Assembly: GCA_951406725.2 (NCBI GenBank)
Contig: OX597816.1
Span: forward strand, 102,796,001 to 102,860,000
Direction: 5' to 3'
Source of the DNA: Octopus vulgaris
Lineage: Eukaryota
Length of the DNA stretch: 64,000 nucleotides
The translations under genes and the position numbers were made by a program. How positions within the stretch are numbered: the first letter of the stretch is position 1; the number at the start of each line of letters is the position of its first letter. A model generated the notes under the pieces. That model saw only the letters and a program-made list of their open reading frames with translations. It made no database searches and was not told the DNA's origin. Of the stretch, positions 1 to 11,950 are shown piece after piece.

Positions 1-1590
1 AGAACAACGAGGTGGACTATATCACATATGCTGGTAGAGTTAACAGGGAATGTGAAAAGTTCAAGCTGGACGAATTAACACCAGATATTTTCAAGTGCCT
101 GATATTTACTCAGGGACTAACTGCAGAAAATGACGCAGAAGTAAGAACAAGAATTCTCGCTACGCTGAAACAAGATCAAGCTGTAACTCTACAACAAGTG
201 TCAGAAGAGTGTGAAAGAATAATATATTTAAGACACGACACAGAGAAAATTGAACATAAAGATGGCTCCCAAGTGAAACAAGTGCAAAATAGACAGAATA
301 GAAATCGAGTGTGCACTAAAAAACAGTACAAAGAGGACAAAAATCAGGATACAAACCACTGTTTTGCATGTGGAGGTCGACATCTGAGGAAAAATTCCAT
401 TTAAGAAAGCAGAATGCTTCCGTTGTAGAAAAATTGGACGCGTAAAAGCGCACTGTAAAACCAAGATCACAAAACGTTAGAACAAAAGAAAAAGAATAAA
501 CAAGATGTCAAAAGAAAATGGTAATATAACAAAGAGGAAATCTGTAAATGTGAAAATTAAAAATAGAAGAGTAAAAATGCAGTTAGACACTGGAAGGGAT
601 ATTACCATTGTGAATGGTAAGCCGAAACTAATTAAATCTACAAAAGTCACAGTAAAACAAACGATTGTACTTTGTCGGTGAATTTGTGTGTAATGTAACA
701 TTTCGTGACCAAATGAAAGCGACAAAAATATATGTAGTAAAAAATTCAGTTAATCTATTCGGCACAGAGTGGACGGAACTATTCAAATTATAGATTACGC
801 CCATAAATGTTTTGAGTGGGAATATAGTCGATTCAGTCGAACGTTCGAATGATGTTGAGGGACAGAAACAAAAAATAAAACATTTATTTCCAGATGTTTT
901 CTCAGAGGAACCGGGTTGCTGCACGAAAACAAAAGCAAAAATTGCTGTAAAACAAAGTGCAACACCTGTATTTAAGCCAAAACGGAATGTATCGTTTGCG
1001 GCAAAATTATCCACGGTAAAAAGTGAACCTTGGTCAGAAGTAGATATTCTGTGGTCGAGACTACACATTGATTTCGCTGGTTCATACTACTTAATGGTAG
1101 TTGATAGGTTCTCTAAATGGCCAGAAATCTGTAAGTGTTAAAAAACCAGCCTCCTCAACTGTGACAAATTTTTTACCGGAACTGTTTGCGAGATTTGGCA
1201 TCCCAGACGTAATAGTGTCTGACAATGGAACGCAATTTGTGTCTTTTGATTTTAAAAAGTTCTGTAAAACGTTCGAAGTAGAACATGTACTCTGGAACCA
1301 TATCATCCCAGATCTAACGGATAAGCATAACGCTTTGTCGATACGTTCAAGAGAGCCCTAAGTTGAATAAGGAAATCACGAATGAGGTAGTTCTACAACA
1401 ATTCTAAAGAGTATACCGTGTGACACCAAATCTAAATATACCAGCGGACCTGATGTTTGTGAGGAAAATAAAATCGGTCTTCGACAAATGGTAAGAAAAG
1501 AAAAACTGCAATGAAGAATACAGCAAGATATTTCAAAATTGGTGAAAAGGTATTTGTGAGGGCATATAAAAACGGAAAACAGTGTTTTGC
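1..1590 (+). mobile_element. Ty3/gypsy (Mag/K02A2.6-like) LTR retrotransposon internal fragment, decayed, most of RT and RNase H deleted
   Basis: Gag with two zinc knuckles (CFACGGRHLRK; CFRCRKIGRVKAHC), protease QLDTGRDIT (~580-607), RT start FPDVFSEEPGCCTKTKA, then integrase WSRLHIDFAG, VVDRFSKWPE and RFGIPDVIVSDNGTQF; frameshifts and stops. Confidence 0.92.
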
Positions 1591-1681
1591 TCAAGAACAC
1601 AACGCGTCACCCGGTCTAGCAATCGAAACCACAATCTTATGATCATGAGTCCAGCACACTAACCACTAAGCTACGCGCCTC
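1589..1681 (-). mobile_element. tRNA-derived SINE head (family C)
   Basis: Minus strand reads GAGGCGCGTAGCTTAGTGGTTAG (A box) ... GGTTTCGATT (B box) ... TGTGTTCTTGAGC; homologous to 45158 and 62359. Confidence 0.8.
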
Positions 1682-1699
1682 AACAAACCTATAGCATGC

Positions 1700-3010
1700 T
1701 TGAATGTGATGCATATAACATAGGTTGCTTAAATATATTTCCCAAGATTATTGCGTAACACAAAATGTAGTAACTGATGAGCAGGTGGGTAGAAAGAAAG
1801 GAGTCTAGGGCTGTGCTGAACAACTCCTTATCTGCAAAGCTGTCTATAAGGAAGCGAAACAGCAGCGCAGAAAACTGTCCCATCTGATATAATCGACCCC
1901 ATTAAGAGACTGATGACAACATGATCTTCAGAGCTCTTGGTAAGAACAGAATCAGGCTTTCAACAGAAATATTTCAAGGTGACAGCTTATCTGTAACGCT
2001 TCTCGTCCAGTAGTTAACCTATTGTTAACCTTATTAAAAGAAATGCAGACGCTACATGAGAAGGTCAGCAGAGAGAGATGAATTACTCTTCCCCACATCC
2101 TTTTTGTTGACGCCTTTAACCTATATACTAGTAATATTCACTGCACCAAGAGGCAGTTTTCACGGGACAGAGAAATAAGTTTCGTCAGGACAAGTGTTCA
2201 TACATGGTGGTCAAACGACTAGTAACGTCCACATCAACAGGGATACTATCAGGGTCTATGCTAAACGGCAGGACAGAAGCAATAAAATCAGTTTAAATGA
2301 CCTTCGAGTGTTGCATCATGTCACTTAGAGAACGCCTACTGAACACTGCACGAAAAATGAGTACAAAACGTGAGTACTCCTCAGCAAAAATAATAAACAG
2401 ATTAAACACTTGAGGAGATACTTTGAGTGTACAACTGTTCCATATGAACCAAGCACAGTTGAACTAGGAGGACTCCTTACACCTGTAGCAGCGTCCATGT
2501 GATGGGGAATGGGTCTCTCATGACCTGGTTAACTCTTACTTTGTGGGAAACTGAATATACTCAGTTCCGTGTAGGTGCAATAAGCAAAGGTACATATCTT
2601 GCAAACTAGGGAATAATAGCATTGACAGGAATAATAGCTTCTTCTGGACTTGGTATAAATACGACATACTTCTCTTTGAAGTCTATGCGTTAGCTATCCA
2701 AAACAAGAGACAACTACTAAATACCTGGTCAACAAGAGAGATGAGGATGCCTCTATGCCTCCACTGTGTGACAGTAACAGCTGATTGTGCTATACCAGTG
2801 TGGAAGGTCTCACGAAAGCAACAGCATCTGTTCAAAATTGTCAGCAAGACACTACCTTTCCTGAGGTTCGAGATTGTCATCTACAATGCTATACGCAAAA
2901 AGAAGTCCAGACAGTCATAACAAATGCACACCAGAAGTAGAATGTATCCACTCTTTTACAAATGAAGACTACTAGTGGAATAAGAATATCTTAAATACCT
3001 TAGATCCCCG
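1700..3010 (+). mobile_element. Decayed non-LTR retrotransposon RT remnant, restriction-like endonuclease (R4/Dong-like) group
   Basis: Manual translation gives IFQGDSLSVTLL (~1969-2005), HILFVD-like (~2094-2112) and AIQ..TTKYLV (~2692-2730); no intact ORF. Confidence 0.6.
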
Positions 3011-3206
3011 GAAGGGGATCTCCATTTAAGGTATCTGGGCGAACACCTGCACACAATCATGTATGCATATGAAATAAACTTACACACGCACACATAAAAG
3101 AGTAACGAAGTATACACATTTATGGACTAAACTGACAAAGTTCAAATTTATCCATATGCATATATATGTATGTATGTATATATGCACACACACACACATG
3201 CACGCG

Positions 3207-3237
<31 letters not shown>

Positions 3238-3250
3238 GCACGCATATCAA

Positions 3251-3445
3251 AGCGGTGAGCAGACAGAATTGTTAGCACGCCGGGAAAATGTTTAGCGGTA
3301 TTTCGCTAGTTATTATGCGCTGGATTCAAATGACGCCGGGATCAACTTCGCCTTTCCTCCTTTCGGAATCGATAAAATAAACACCAGTTGAGCACTGGGG
3401 TCGGTAATAATTGACTTATCTCCTCCCTCGAAATTGCTGGTCTTA
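3251..3445 (+). mobile_element. SINE family A copy
   Basis: Matches the shared consensus GGCGAGCTGGCAGAA..GTTAGCACGCCGGG..GTTCAAAT..GCCTTTCATCCTTTCGG..GATAAAATAAGTACCAG seen at 4296, 5596, 25451, 26195 and 60245. Confidence 0.85.
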
Positions 3446-3605
3446 TACACATACAGACTTCACACATATTGTCATTGACCACGTTGCAGTTTGTTGGACG
3501 AAAATTTTAACACCAAATAACAAATAATACATGTTTAAGTGAAGTTAACAATTTGTATGCACTTTTGAATGGTTGTTAAGCGTCTTCCACGCTGCAATCG
3601 TTACA

Positions 3606-3656
<51 letters not shown>

Positions 3657-4295
3657 CTTAAAAAATTATGCACACTAGTTGAAATCAGTCATCCAATAGA
3701 TGTTAACATGGTGTTAAAGATTAGTTAAAAAAGGAAACATCTATGTCGAACTAAAGAAATCTACAATTACTCAGTACTGTCAATAGTTTTCGATTATCAT
3801 CAATGATTAACAGAGCACTTGGATATGCGTGACAAACTTTCTCATTACCAATCTTCAGTGACTACACGGCTCAATCGAAACATTACAGCCAAAAGCTATT
3901 TAAAGCAATGTCAAAATGTGTAAATTATTCAATAATGTTAGCGTTTAATGAGATCCACATATGCAGTGACATCCAAGTCTGCAAGCACGTGTACAAGTAC
4001 ACATTACATGTGTGTGAATGTGTGCGTGTGATTGTGTGTGTGTGTGTGCATGTATGCGTGTATGTGTATGCATGTATATACGTGTGTGAGTGTGTGCATA
4101 CATATCTGCATGCATACGTATGCAGATTCAGCCATCCGTCCATCTATCCATCCATCCATCCATCAATCCATCCATCCATCTTTTCGTTAACATGACCATC
4201 CATTCTTCCAGTGAGTCAGTTAACCAGTCATACATACATATCAAATTTAGAGCCATTTAATGAATATACATATATATATGTGTATACAGTATATA

Positions 4296-4596
4296 AGGTG
4301 GCGAGCTGGCTGAAGCGTTAGCACGCTGGGCGAAATGAATGAATGAATGAATGACTGAATGAATGAATGAATGAATGGATGGATGGATGGATGGACGGGC
4401 GGATAGCTGAGTCTGCATTTTGTCTGCCGCTACGTTCTGAGTTCAAATTCTGCCGAGGTCAACTTTGCCTTTCATCCTTTCGGGGTCGATTAAATAAGTA
4501 CCAGTTACGCACTGGGGTCGATATAATCGACTTAATCCGTTTGTCTGTCCTTGCTTGTCCTTCCTGTGTTTAGCCCCTTGTGGGTAGTAAAGAAAT

Positions 4597-4597
<1 letters not shown>
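4296..4597 (+). mobile_element. SINE family A copy interrupted by an ~80 bp insert (4338-4418)
   Basis: Near-complete family A consensus; a (TGAA)n(TGGA)n-containing insert replaces part of the head. Confidence 0.88.
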
Positions 4598-4627
<30 letters not shown>

Positions 4628-4789
4628 CACACTGTATATAAATGAAGCTAAAGATGGAAAGCGCCTGAAAACAAAACAAAGTTTTACATATTCAAATGTC
4701 ATTATACATAATTTATATGTCCACGTGATATGAAATTTTGGCTTCGGAAATTAGGACAAAATTAGCATAGTTCAATCAGTTATGCACCT

Positions 4790-5007
4790 TAGGACTCACA
4801 GAGCCGGGATTTTACTCGGTTTCTTAGGCCTTTAAGTGAACGAAACCCCGGCCCATCATAGGTTTAACTTCTAGCTACTGTTGGACCTGGCTTATAAATG
4901 GCTGGACTGGAACAACGTGAATTGAAGTGATTTGCTGAAAAACACAACACACTGTCCGGGAATTGAAACTCCGATCATACGATCGGTCACTAACCATTAG
5001 GCCACGA
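4790..5007 (-). mobile_element. Decayed tRNA-derived SINE (family C-like)
   Basis: Minus strand CGTGGCCTAATGGTTAG ... GTTTCAATTCCCGGAC ... TGTGTT ... CACGTTGTTCCAGTCC. Confidence 0.6.
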
Positions 5008-5400
5008 AACATCAGAGTTTGTATAGTATTTGCAGTCAAACTAAACATAAATTGGTTTTCTGTTTTGGTTGCTTCAGAGTATCTGCGACGTTTTTTTTAT
5101 CAATGTGTATTCCACCAGCAAAATTCTGTTACTATTGTTTTTGTCGCCTCTGAAGATATCAGATGTAGTTTTTATTTTTATGGACCGTTGACTACATGAA
5201 ATATGAATTTCATGGTCAGAGGTGACAGGAATAGATTATATATATTTATATCTTTTTTTAAAGTATAGGACATGATTAAATTTTCAAGTGATTCTAAAAT
5301 CTGTCTTTCATTTGAACCCTCAACTAAGCGCTATTCACAAAAGAAGATATCTGTTTATCTTTCTGTCTCACTTTCCTTCTCCTTCTTTGTCTCTCTCTCG

Positions 5401-5516
<116 letters not shown>

Positions 5517-5595
5517 CATATAATATATGTATTTATACATGCATATATACATAAATACATGGAGTATTATCTCTTTTACTATACGCACAAGCCAT

Positions 5596-5778
5596 GAAAT
5601 TGTCGGGGAGTGGGCTTGTGAATTTCATCGACTCCAGTGCTAAACTTTCTTCCTTTCGATCTTGAAAGGAAGAAAGGCAAAATCGACTGCGGTGGTATTT
5701 GAACTCAGGCAATAAAGACGAGCAAAATGCCACTAAGTATTTTGCCCTACGTACTAACCATTCTGCCAACTGGTCGCT
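5596..5778 (-). mobile_element. SINE family A copy
   Basis: Reverse complement of the family A consensus (GAAAGGCAAAATCGAC..TTTGAACTCAG..CTAACCATTCTGCCA). Confidence 0.8.
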
Positions 5779-5879
5779 TTATATACATAGAGTAATAACG
5801 TCATGAGAGGTTGCATCACATCACACTGCGAAGGCTATTCATCCAAGAACCAGAAATTGCTACAAAATACATAATAAGC

Positions 5880-6450
5880 AAAAGAGACAGCAAAGTCCTT
5901 GGGGCCCTAAGATCCAACTGACAATGTCGATTATGTCACAACGCAAAAGTGATCAGCTGTTACTCAAAAATGTCATTAAGGTACTACCTCCCACGATGCT
6001 TTCGCTAAAACAATATGCAATGGATAAGAGAGACTGTTCTGGGATAAAAAATAGTGAGCCCTCAGTTATTGAATGCATACATGAACATCAACACAAGAAA
6101 TATTGGTGGATCAGTCCCATCAAAATTTCCATCAAGTGCATACATAATAGGTCGGATATCGTTGTCTGGGACAGACAAGAAAAAGTATGTACCGTCATAG
6201 ACGTCCTCTGCCCTGCAGATGAGACTATCTCTTCGAAAATTAAAGAAAAAGTGGATAAATACTGACAAGCGCTTTGAAACGTCCAGCTTCTATATTAAGG
6301 TTATTGATTCACATTTATATCAATAATATTAATAATTGTTACACTTTGTTTTGTGAGTAAATGTCTAAGTGGCAATCTGGATAGCTAGGCTTTTCAGTAA
6401 AAAGCGGAACAGTAAAATTATGCAAGACTTTTTTAAAGTTCAAAACGTGA
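5880..6450 (+). mobile_element. 3' fragment of non-LTR retrotransposon with restriction-like endonuclease (R4/Dong-like)
   Basis: ORF 5924-6265 contains HNRSDIVVWDRQEKVCTVIDVLCPAD...KEKVDKY (PD..D-type RLE motif and K..KY); related piece at 51663. Confidence 0.8.
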
Positions 6451-6699
6451 GATTATTTTCGTTATCTACGTCCCAACGATGAAGTTTTATATCTTTGTTA
6501 GAAACCAGCTCCTTCACAACTGGAAGGCATCAAATAATATAAAAAAAACAGAACACATACACACACACACACACACATACACATATGTCTACATGCGCAT
6601 GTATGTATATATACCTAAATAGATGTTCACTCACATGCTTGCTGTGAAAAATGTGTATAAGCATGTAAGGAGACGCCATAAATAACTTTCGTGGTGAGG

Positions 6700-7430
6700 A
6701 GAATATAAGGAAACAAAAAAAGGAGGGAGTGAAAACTGAGGGTGAAGAATTTCCAGAGGGAAAGAGAGAGAGAGAGAGAGAGAGAGTGGGGGGAAGAGAG
6801 AGAGGACGAGAGATAGGAAGAGAGAGAAGGAGGGGAAGAAAGAAGTGGAGGAATAGTTAGAAATAGGTTGAAAGTGTGAGAAATGAAAAAAGGAAAATGA
6901 CGGAATAAGGTTGGCAGAGAATGATTGTAAAAGTGTACGAGTGGGAGATGGAGAAAGAGAGGAGATTAAAAGAAAGGACTGAGTAAAGGCAGAGGAGAAC
7001 ATGAAAGAGCGAGAAGGAGAAATAGAGAGATAGAAAGAGGTGAAATTTAACTGGACGATGGGAGTGGAGAGAGAGAGAGAGAGAAGGAGATGATGAGGGA
7101 GAGAGGATGAGAGAGAGAGACAGAGAGAATGTAAGAGAATAGTGAGAGAAGGTTGAGAGGATGGAGTAGAAGTAAAAGAAACTCATAGACACGAGAAGAA
7201 GGAGTATATGTATGTGTGTTGCGTGTGGTTGTATGTTTGTGTGTTGCGTGTGGTTGTATGTTTGTGTGTTGCGTGTGGTTGTATGTTTGTGTGTCTGTGC
7301 CGTGTGTGTGTGTGTGTGTGGACAAATGACGACAGAATAAGCAGGGGAGGAAGAGGGAAAGAAAAAATAGATAAATACTTGGCCTAAGTGGAGTAAGTAC
7401 ACTGTTTGATATTAGCAGAGAAAGAAAGAA

Positions 7431-7461
<31 letters not shown>

Positions 7462-7504
7462 AAAAGAGAGAGAAAAAGAGAGAGAGAGAAAAAAAGAGAG
7501 AGAG

Positions 7505-7560
<56 letters not shown>

Positions 7561-7580
7561 AGAGAGAGAAAGAGAGAGAG

Positions 7581-7618
<38 letters not shown>

Positions 7619-7650
7619 TGTGTGTATGCATGAGAAAGAGAGGTGGGAGG
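6700..7650. repeat. Purine-rich (GA)n tracts with a 25-bp tandem repeat x3 (7214-7293)
   Basis: Directly visible; unit GTGTGTTGCGTGTGGTTGTATGTTT. Confidence 0.9.
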
Positions 7651-7960
7651 GAAAATAATAAAAAAATCAGCAAATGGCGATGGAAATGGAGAGAAGCAAG
7701 GATAAGGTGTGGGCAAAGATAGATTAATTAGGATGAAATCTGATTCTAATCTGATACTGTGATCATTGATTGGCAGATCTTCCAACAGAAATTGCTACCG
7801 TTCATTTCCCATCAGGCATTGCGTCTAATGACCTCAACAGAAATGGAAGGAATAAAGCAAATGGCGCTGTGAAAACGGAAGTCAGCGGTGACTGAAAATT
7901 TATAGCAACTCCCTCTGTGAAATTCGATATTTGTACAGACAGCCATGTTAGTGTGTGTAT

Positions 7961-8020
<60 letters not shown>

Positions 8021-8730
8021 CTAACCTGCATGTGTAGAAAGCGTGCATATATGCACAAACATATAAGCATTGATTTATGTGCATGCTGATAAACTATGTT
8101 CTTATGCATTCGTGTGACTGTGTGAATGTGTGAATGCGTAAATCTGTTGTGAATGGGTGCTCGCATTCGTATAGATGTGCACATATGCCTTCAAAACATT
8201 TAGAAAATTACTGATATGTCGAACCCTATACAGGCACACCTCAAATTACGTCAGTAATAAGACATGCGACTCAAATCGGATAACGACGTAACACGAAAAA
8301 CATTAAAAAAATGATTTAACTCTTATCGTTTTTTAATAAACCGTTTGTATATATTTTCACATGTATTTTATTTGATTTCCCACTTTAAGTATTGGCTTTT
8401 AGGTGTTTTCTTTTATGGTTTTAAATATGCTCACCGAGACCTAGGTACTGTTGAATAAATCGACTGATATAAAAGATCGGCGTAAAGTCGAACAAGACGT
8501 AACTCAGAACGACGTAAGTTGAGATATGCCTGTATTTAGCTTATTTAATTCTTATTTAATTCTTTGAAATCATGTGAGAAAAGTTTCTAAGAAAAACTGT
8601 TTCATGGTCGAAATTTATATAATATTTATAATAAAGGGTCAGTTTTTATATTCTGTTTGATTCAGCATGCACATAAATCAATGCTTATATGTTTGTGCAT
8701 ATATGTACGCTTTCTACACATGCAAGTTAG

Positions 8731-8770
<40 letters not shown>
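7961..8770. repeat. Local inverted duplication: 7961-8089 versus 8662-8770
   Basis: About 72 bp of unique sequence plus the (TG)n/(CA)n tract occurs in both orientations with about 2 mismatches; ORFs 7948(-) and 8657(+) give the same peptide. Confidence 0.93.
8231..8532. mobile_element. Tc1/mariner-superfamily (pogo/Tigger-like) MITE
   Basis: TA|CAGGCACACCTCAAATTACGTC ... GACGTAAGTTGAGATATGCCTG|TA: ~22 bp TIRs and a TA target-site duplication. Confidence 0.85.
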
Positions 8771-8772
<2 letters not shown>

Positions 8773-8861
8773 GTTAATAATCCTACACCGGTTGTCAAGT
8801 GGTGAAGATAAGAAACAAACATATGCACAAATACACAGACACATTGATAAACACATACACA

Positions 8862-8972
8862 TGACAGGTTTCTTTCAGTAGAAGATACTTGCGTAAGTTG
8901 TCACGCAGTGGGACTGAACCAGGAATCATGTGGTTGGGAAACAAACTTCTTACCACACAGCTACGCGTGCGC
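8862..8972 (-). mobile_element. SINE family B head fragment
   Basis: Minus strand GCGTAGCTGTGTGGTAAGAAG..GGTTCAGTCCCACTGCGTG; same family as 26712-27098 and 58855. Confidence 0.8.
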
Positions 8973-9104
8973 ATGTAACGATGTCTGGTCTATTTATTGA
9001 ATTACAGAATCCGTGTAAAATATATTGACTCTTAGCTTTCATAGATTAATTAATTAAGCACTTATTAACATAAATATGTTTGACTATGATACTCTCTCTT
9101 TTAC

Positions 9105-9238
9105 TCTTTTATTACTTGTTTCAGTCATTTGACTGCGGCCATGCTGGAGCACCGCCTTTAGTCGAGCAAATCGACTCCGGGACTTATTCTTTGTAAGCCC
9201 AGTACATATTTTATCGGTCTCTTTTGCCGAACCGCTAA
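9105..9238 (-). mobile_element. SINE family B 3' fragment
   Basis: TTGTTTCAGTCATTTGACTGCGGCCATGCTGGAGCACCGCC matches 12673 and 26712. Confidence 0.85.
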
Positions 9239-10571
9239 TAATGGAGAAAAATTAAAATTTATAATCTAGCAAGAGGCTGTAGTTTACGAACCAGTTCTCT
9301 AGTAGAGTCCTCTTTGTTAACAATATATGAACGATATTTTCACATCCGGTGGGCGGCTGAACGACACAATATGATGTAGTTATCACTTTCTGTTGTAAAT
9401 GACTATATAAAGCTTTTGCATTCACATATGTATTAATTGGAATGTCCTAACAATAATTCTCGTGTTAAAAGGATTGCATGTAATCAAAGCCACAGCTACC
9501 GTTGTATCTAGTGAGAACATTGTTTCTTATGGATAGCATTGTATATCACTATAACATACATGCTTATATGTATGCATATGTGAATTGTGGAATGGATGGA
9601 TATACGGAGTTGCGAAGCGAACAATTAACTACACAGCCGTATCTACACCTGCACAGCTCTTTCTGCGCCTATACAACTACACCTACAGTGTATGTATGTA
9701 TGTATGTATGTATGTATGTATGTATGTATGTACGTACGTATGTATGCATGTAGTGCATTATACATGTGTATATCTGTTGTGTGTGTGCGTGTATATTAAA
9801 CGCACACACACACACGCACGCACATACACATACACGCGCGCACCCCCCCCACACACATGTCATCCATGTTTCATGCTTAATATCTACACGCTATCGATAT
9901 CGATAAGTCTGTTACTGACGTATTTGTCTTGAGATAATATCTTGCTGTGTTAAAAACAATAAATATCAGAGAGAGACGAAAGTCCGTCACAGTGGCGACT
10001 AGCCTGAGCAACAGTTGCATTGTGGTATTTGGTGGCTTTTTCAATGATACCTACTCACAGCTAACCCATGTTCGGTCGAGAATTCGTCCTCTCTGATATG
10101 AACTCTCAGAGCAAATGATACAGTAACTGGTCTATCGACAATGTATATATATATATATATATATATTAAGCATGACATATAGAAGTCTATTTTGATTAAA
10201 TACTTAGTTGCATATACCGGATTTTTCATCAGCTTGGTGGCTATTCGCATCTTAATACTTCTATACCAGAGACGAGACGACATATTCTCGTACCAGCTAG
10301 GATCTGTCTGCGAGTACGCAAAAAGCCCAAAGAGTACGAAATTTATCTGGTGCTCTCGTTGACCATGCTGAGACGAATCATCGTCTCACATTGATATTCA
10401 TTTAAAAAATAGAAGTCAAAGAATATCATTGATATTTTGAGATTTCATTTCCTATAGCCGTTCCATGTGTGTGTGTGTACACTTACATACATACATACAT
10501 ACATACACACATACACACACACATATATACAGATACATATATGTCTTTGTGTGTGTGTGTGTATGTATTTC

Positions 10572-10611
<40 letters not shown>

Positions 10612-10724
10612 TATGTATACAAATAGATATACATACATGCATATCTATAAATGCATATATCTCTATATGTATATACACACACGCACACACACATTTCAGT
10701 AATAAAATATAACCGTTAGCAGTA

Positions 10725-10921
10725 TTTTTCAAAAACTCGTTTCCAACCGTTGTTTCAATAACTCCTACACATCTTCATAATTATATAATTATTTAACGAT
10801 GTCCTTGAAATATCTTTGAAAATACAATTCTCATGTTCTGCATAATCATGTTAAATTATTACGTAATTAGATTGAGACGTAGGAGTTATTGAAACAACTT
10901 TAGGAAATGAATTTTTCGAAT
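10725..10921. repeat. Foldback/MITE-like inverted repeat
   Basis: GTTGTTTCAATAACTCCTAC (10749-10768) is the perfect reverse complement of 10879-10898; pairing extends imperfectly outward. Confidence 0.7.
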
Positions 10922-11077
10922 ATATTTGTGTGTGTGTGTGTGTGTTTGTGTGTATGTGTGCATGTGTAAGTGTGTGTGTGTGTGTGTGAGTATGTTGCTG
11001 TCAATTTTTCAAAATATATTATATACGTATTCATATACATACATACATACATACATACATATGATTGATTGATTGAT

Positions 11078-11143
<66 letters not shown>

Positions 11144-11153
11144 TTATATACAG

Positions 11154-11189
<36 letters not shown>

Positions 11190-11199
11190 TTATATACAG

Positions 11200-11243
<44 letters not shown>

Positions 11244-11439
11244 TTCAGATGAATATGGTACTTAAGTTTAGGCAAAATCGCAGAAAACCTTGGGTTCTCG
11301 CTTTGTAATAGGGTGAGTGTGCAATTCACTAGATAATGGAAGGAGTTCACATCACCTTCCCGAGGTCGATCAGGTCCTCTGATAGAACCCTTTGCTTCGT
11401 TAAGTGAAGTGTGGAGGATAATCCTCATTGCAAGGCCTC

Positions 11440-11950
11440 TGACATAGCAAAAAAAGTTGATGTCAATCCCTGAACAGCTGTCAGGTATCTCTACAAACTT
11501 GGTTACTATGACAGAGCAGCAAGAAGGAAGCCACTTCCCCAACCTGCCAATATCAAGTGGAGAAAAGGTTGGACCAGTGAGATGAACGACCAGAGCATTT
11601 TGGCATTGTGGAACACTATCATATTCTCTGACGAGTCCAGATTTGCTGTATTTTCTGACAATGGTCGAGCGTGGGTTTGGAGACTGATGAAGAATTTGAC
11701 ATGAAAAGATTGCTGCCAACAATGAAACAAGGCAGCTATTCTGTAATGGTTTGAGGAGCAATTTGTACCAACTGGTGGAGTGTGATGGAAACATAAACTC
11801 AGATAAATATGTGTCCATATTGCAGAAAAGACTCCTTCCAATCTTCTCCAGTGGTGAAATAATTGAAGAAGATACTTTATTTATGGAAGGTAGGGCCCAT
11901 TGTCACGGGGCTAAAAAGACCCAAGACTGGTTGGAAAAGAATGGATAGGT
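11440..11950 (+). mobile_element. Tc1-like transposase fragment (pseudogenised)
   Basis: RAARRKP...WNTIIFSDESRF (~11610-11644), LPTMKQG..VMV*GAI, LVECDGNINSDKYVSIL...HGAKKTQDWLE. Confidence 0.85.
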
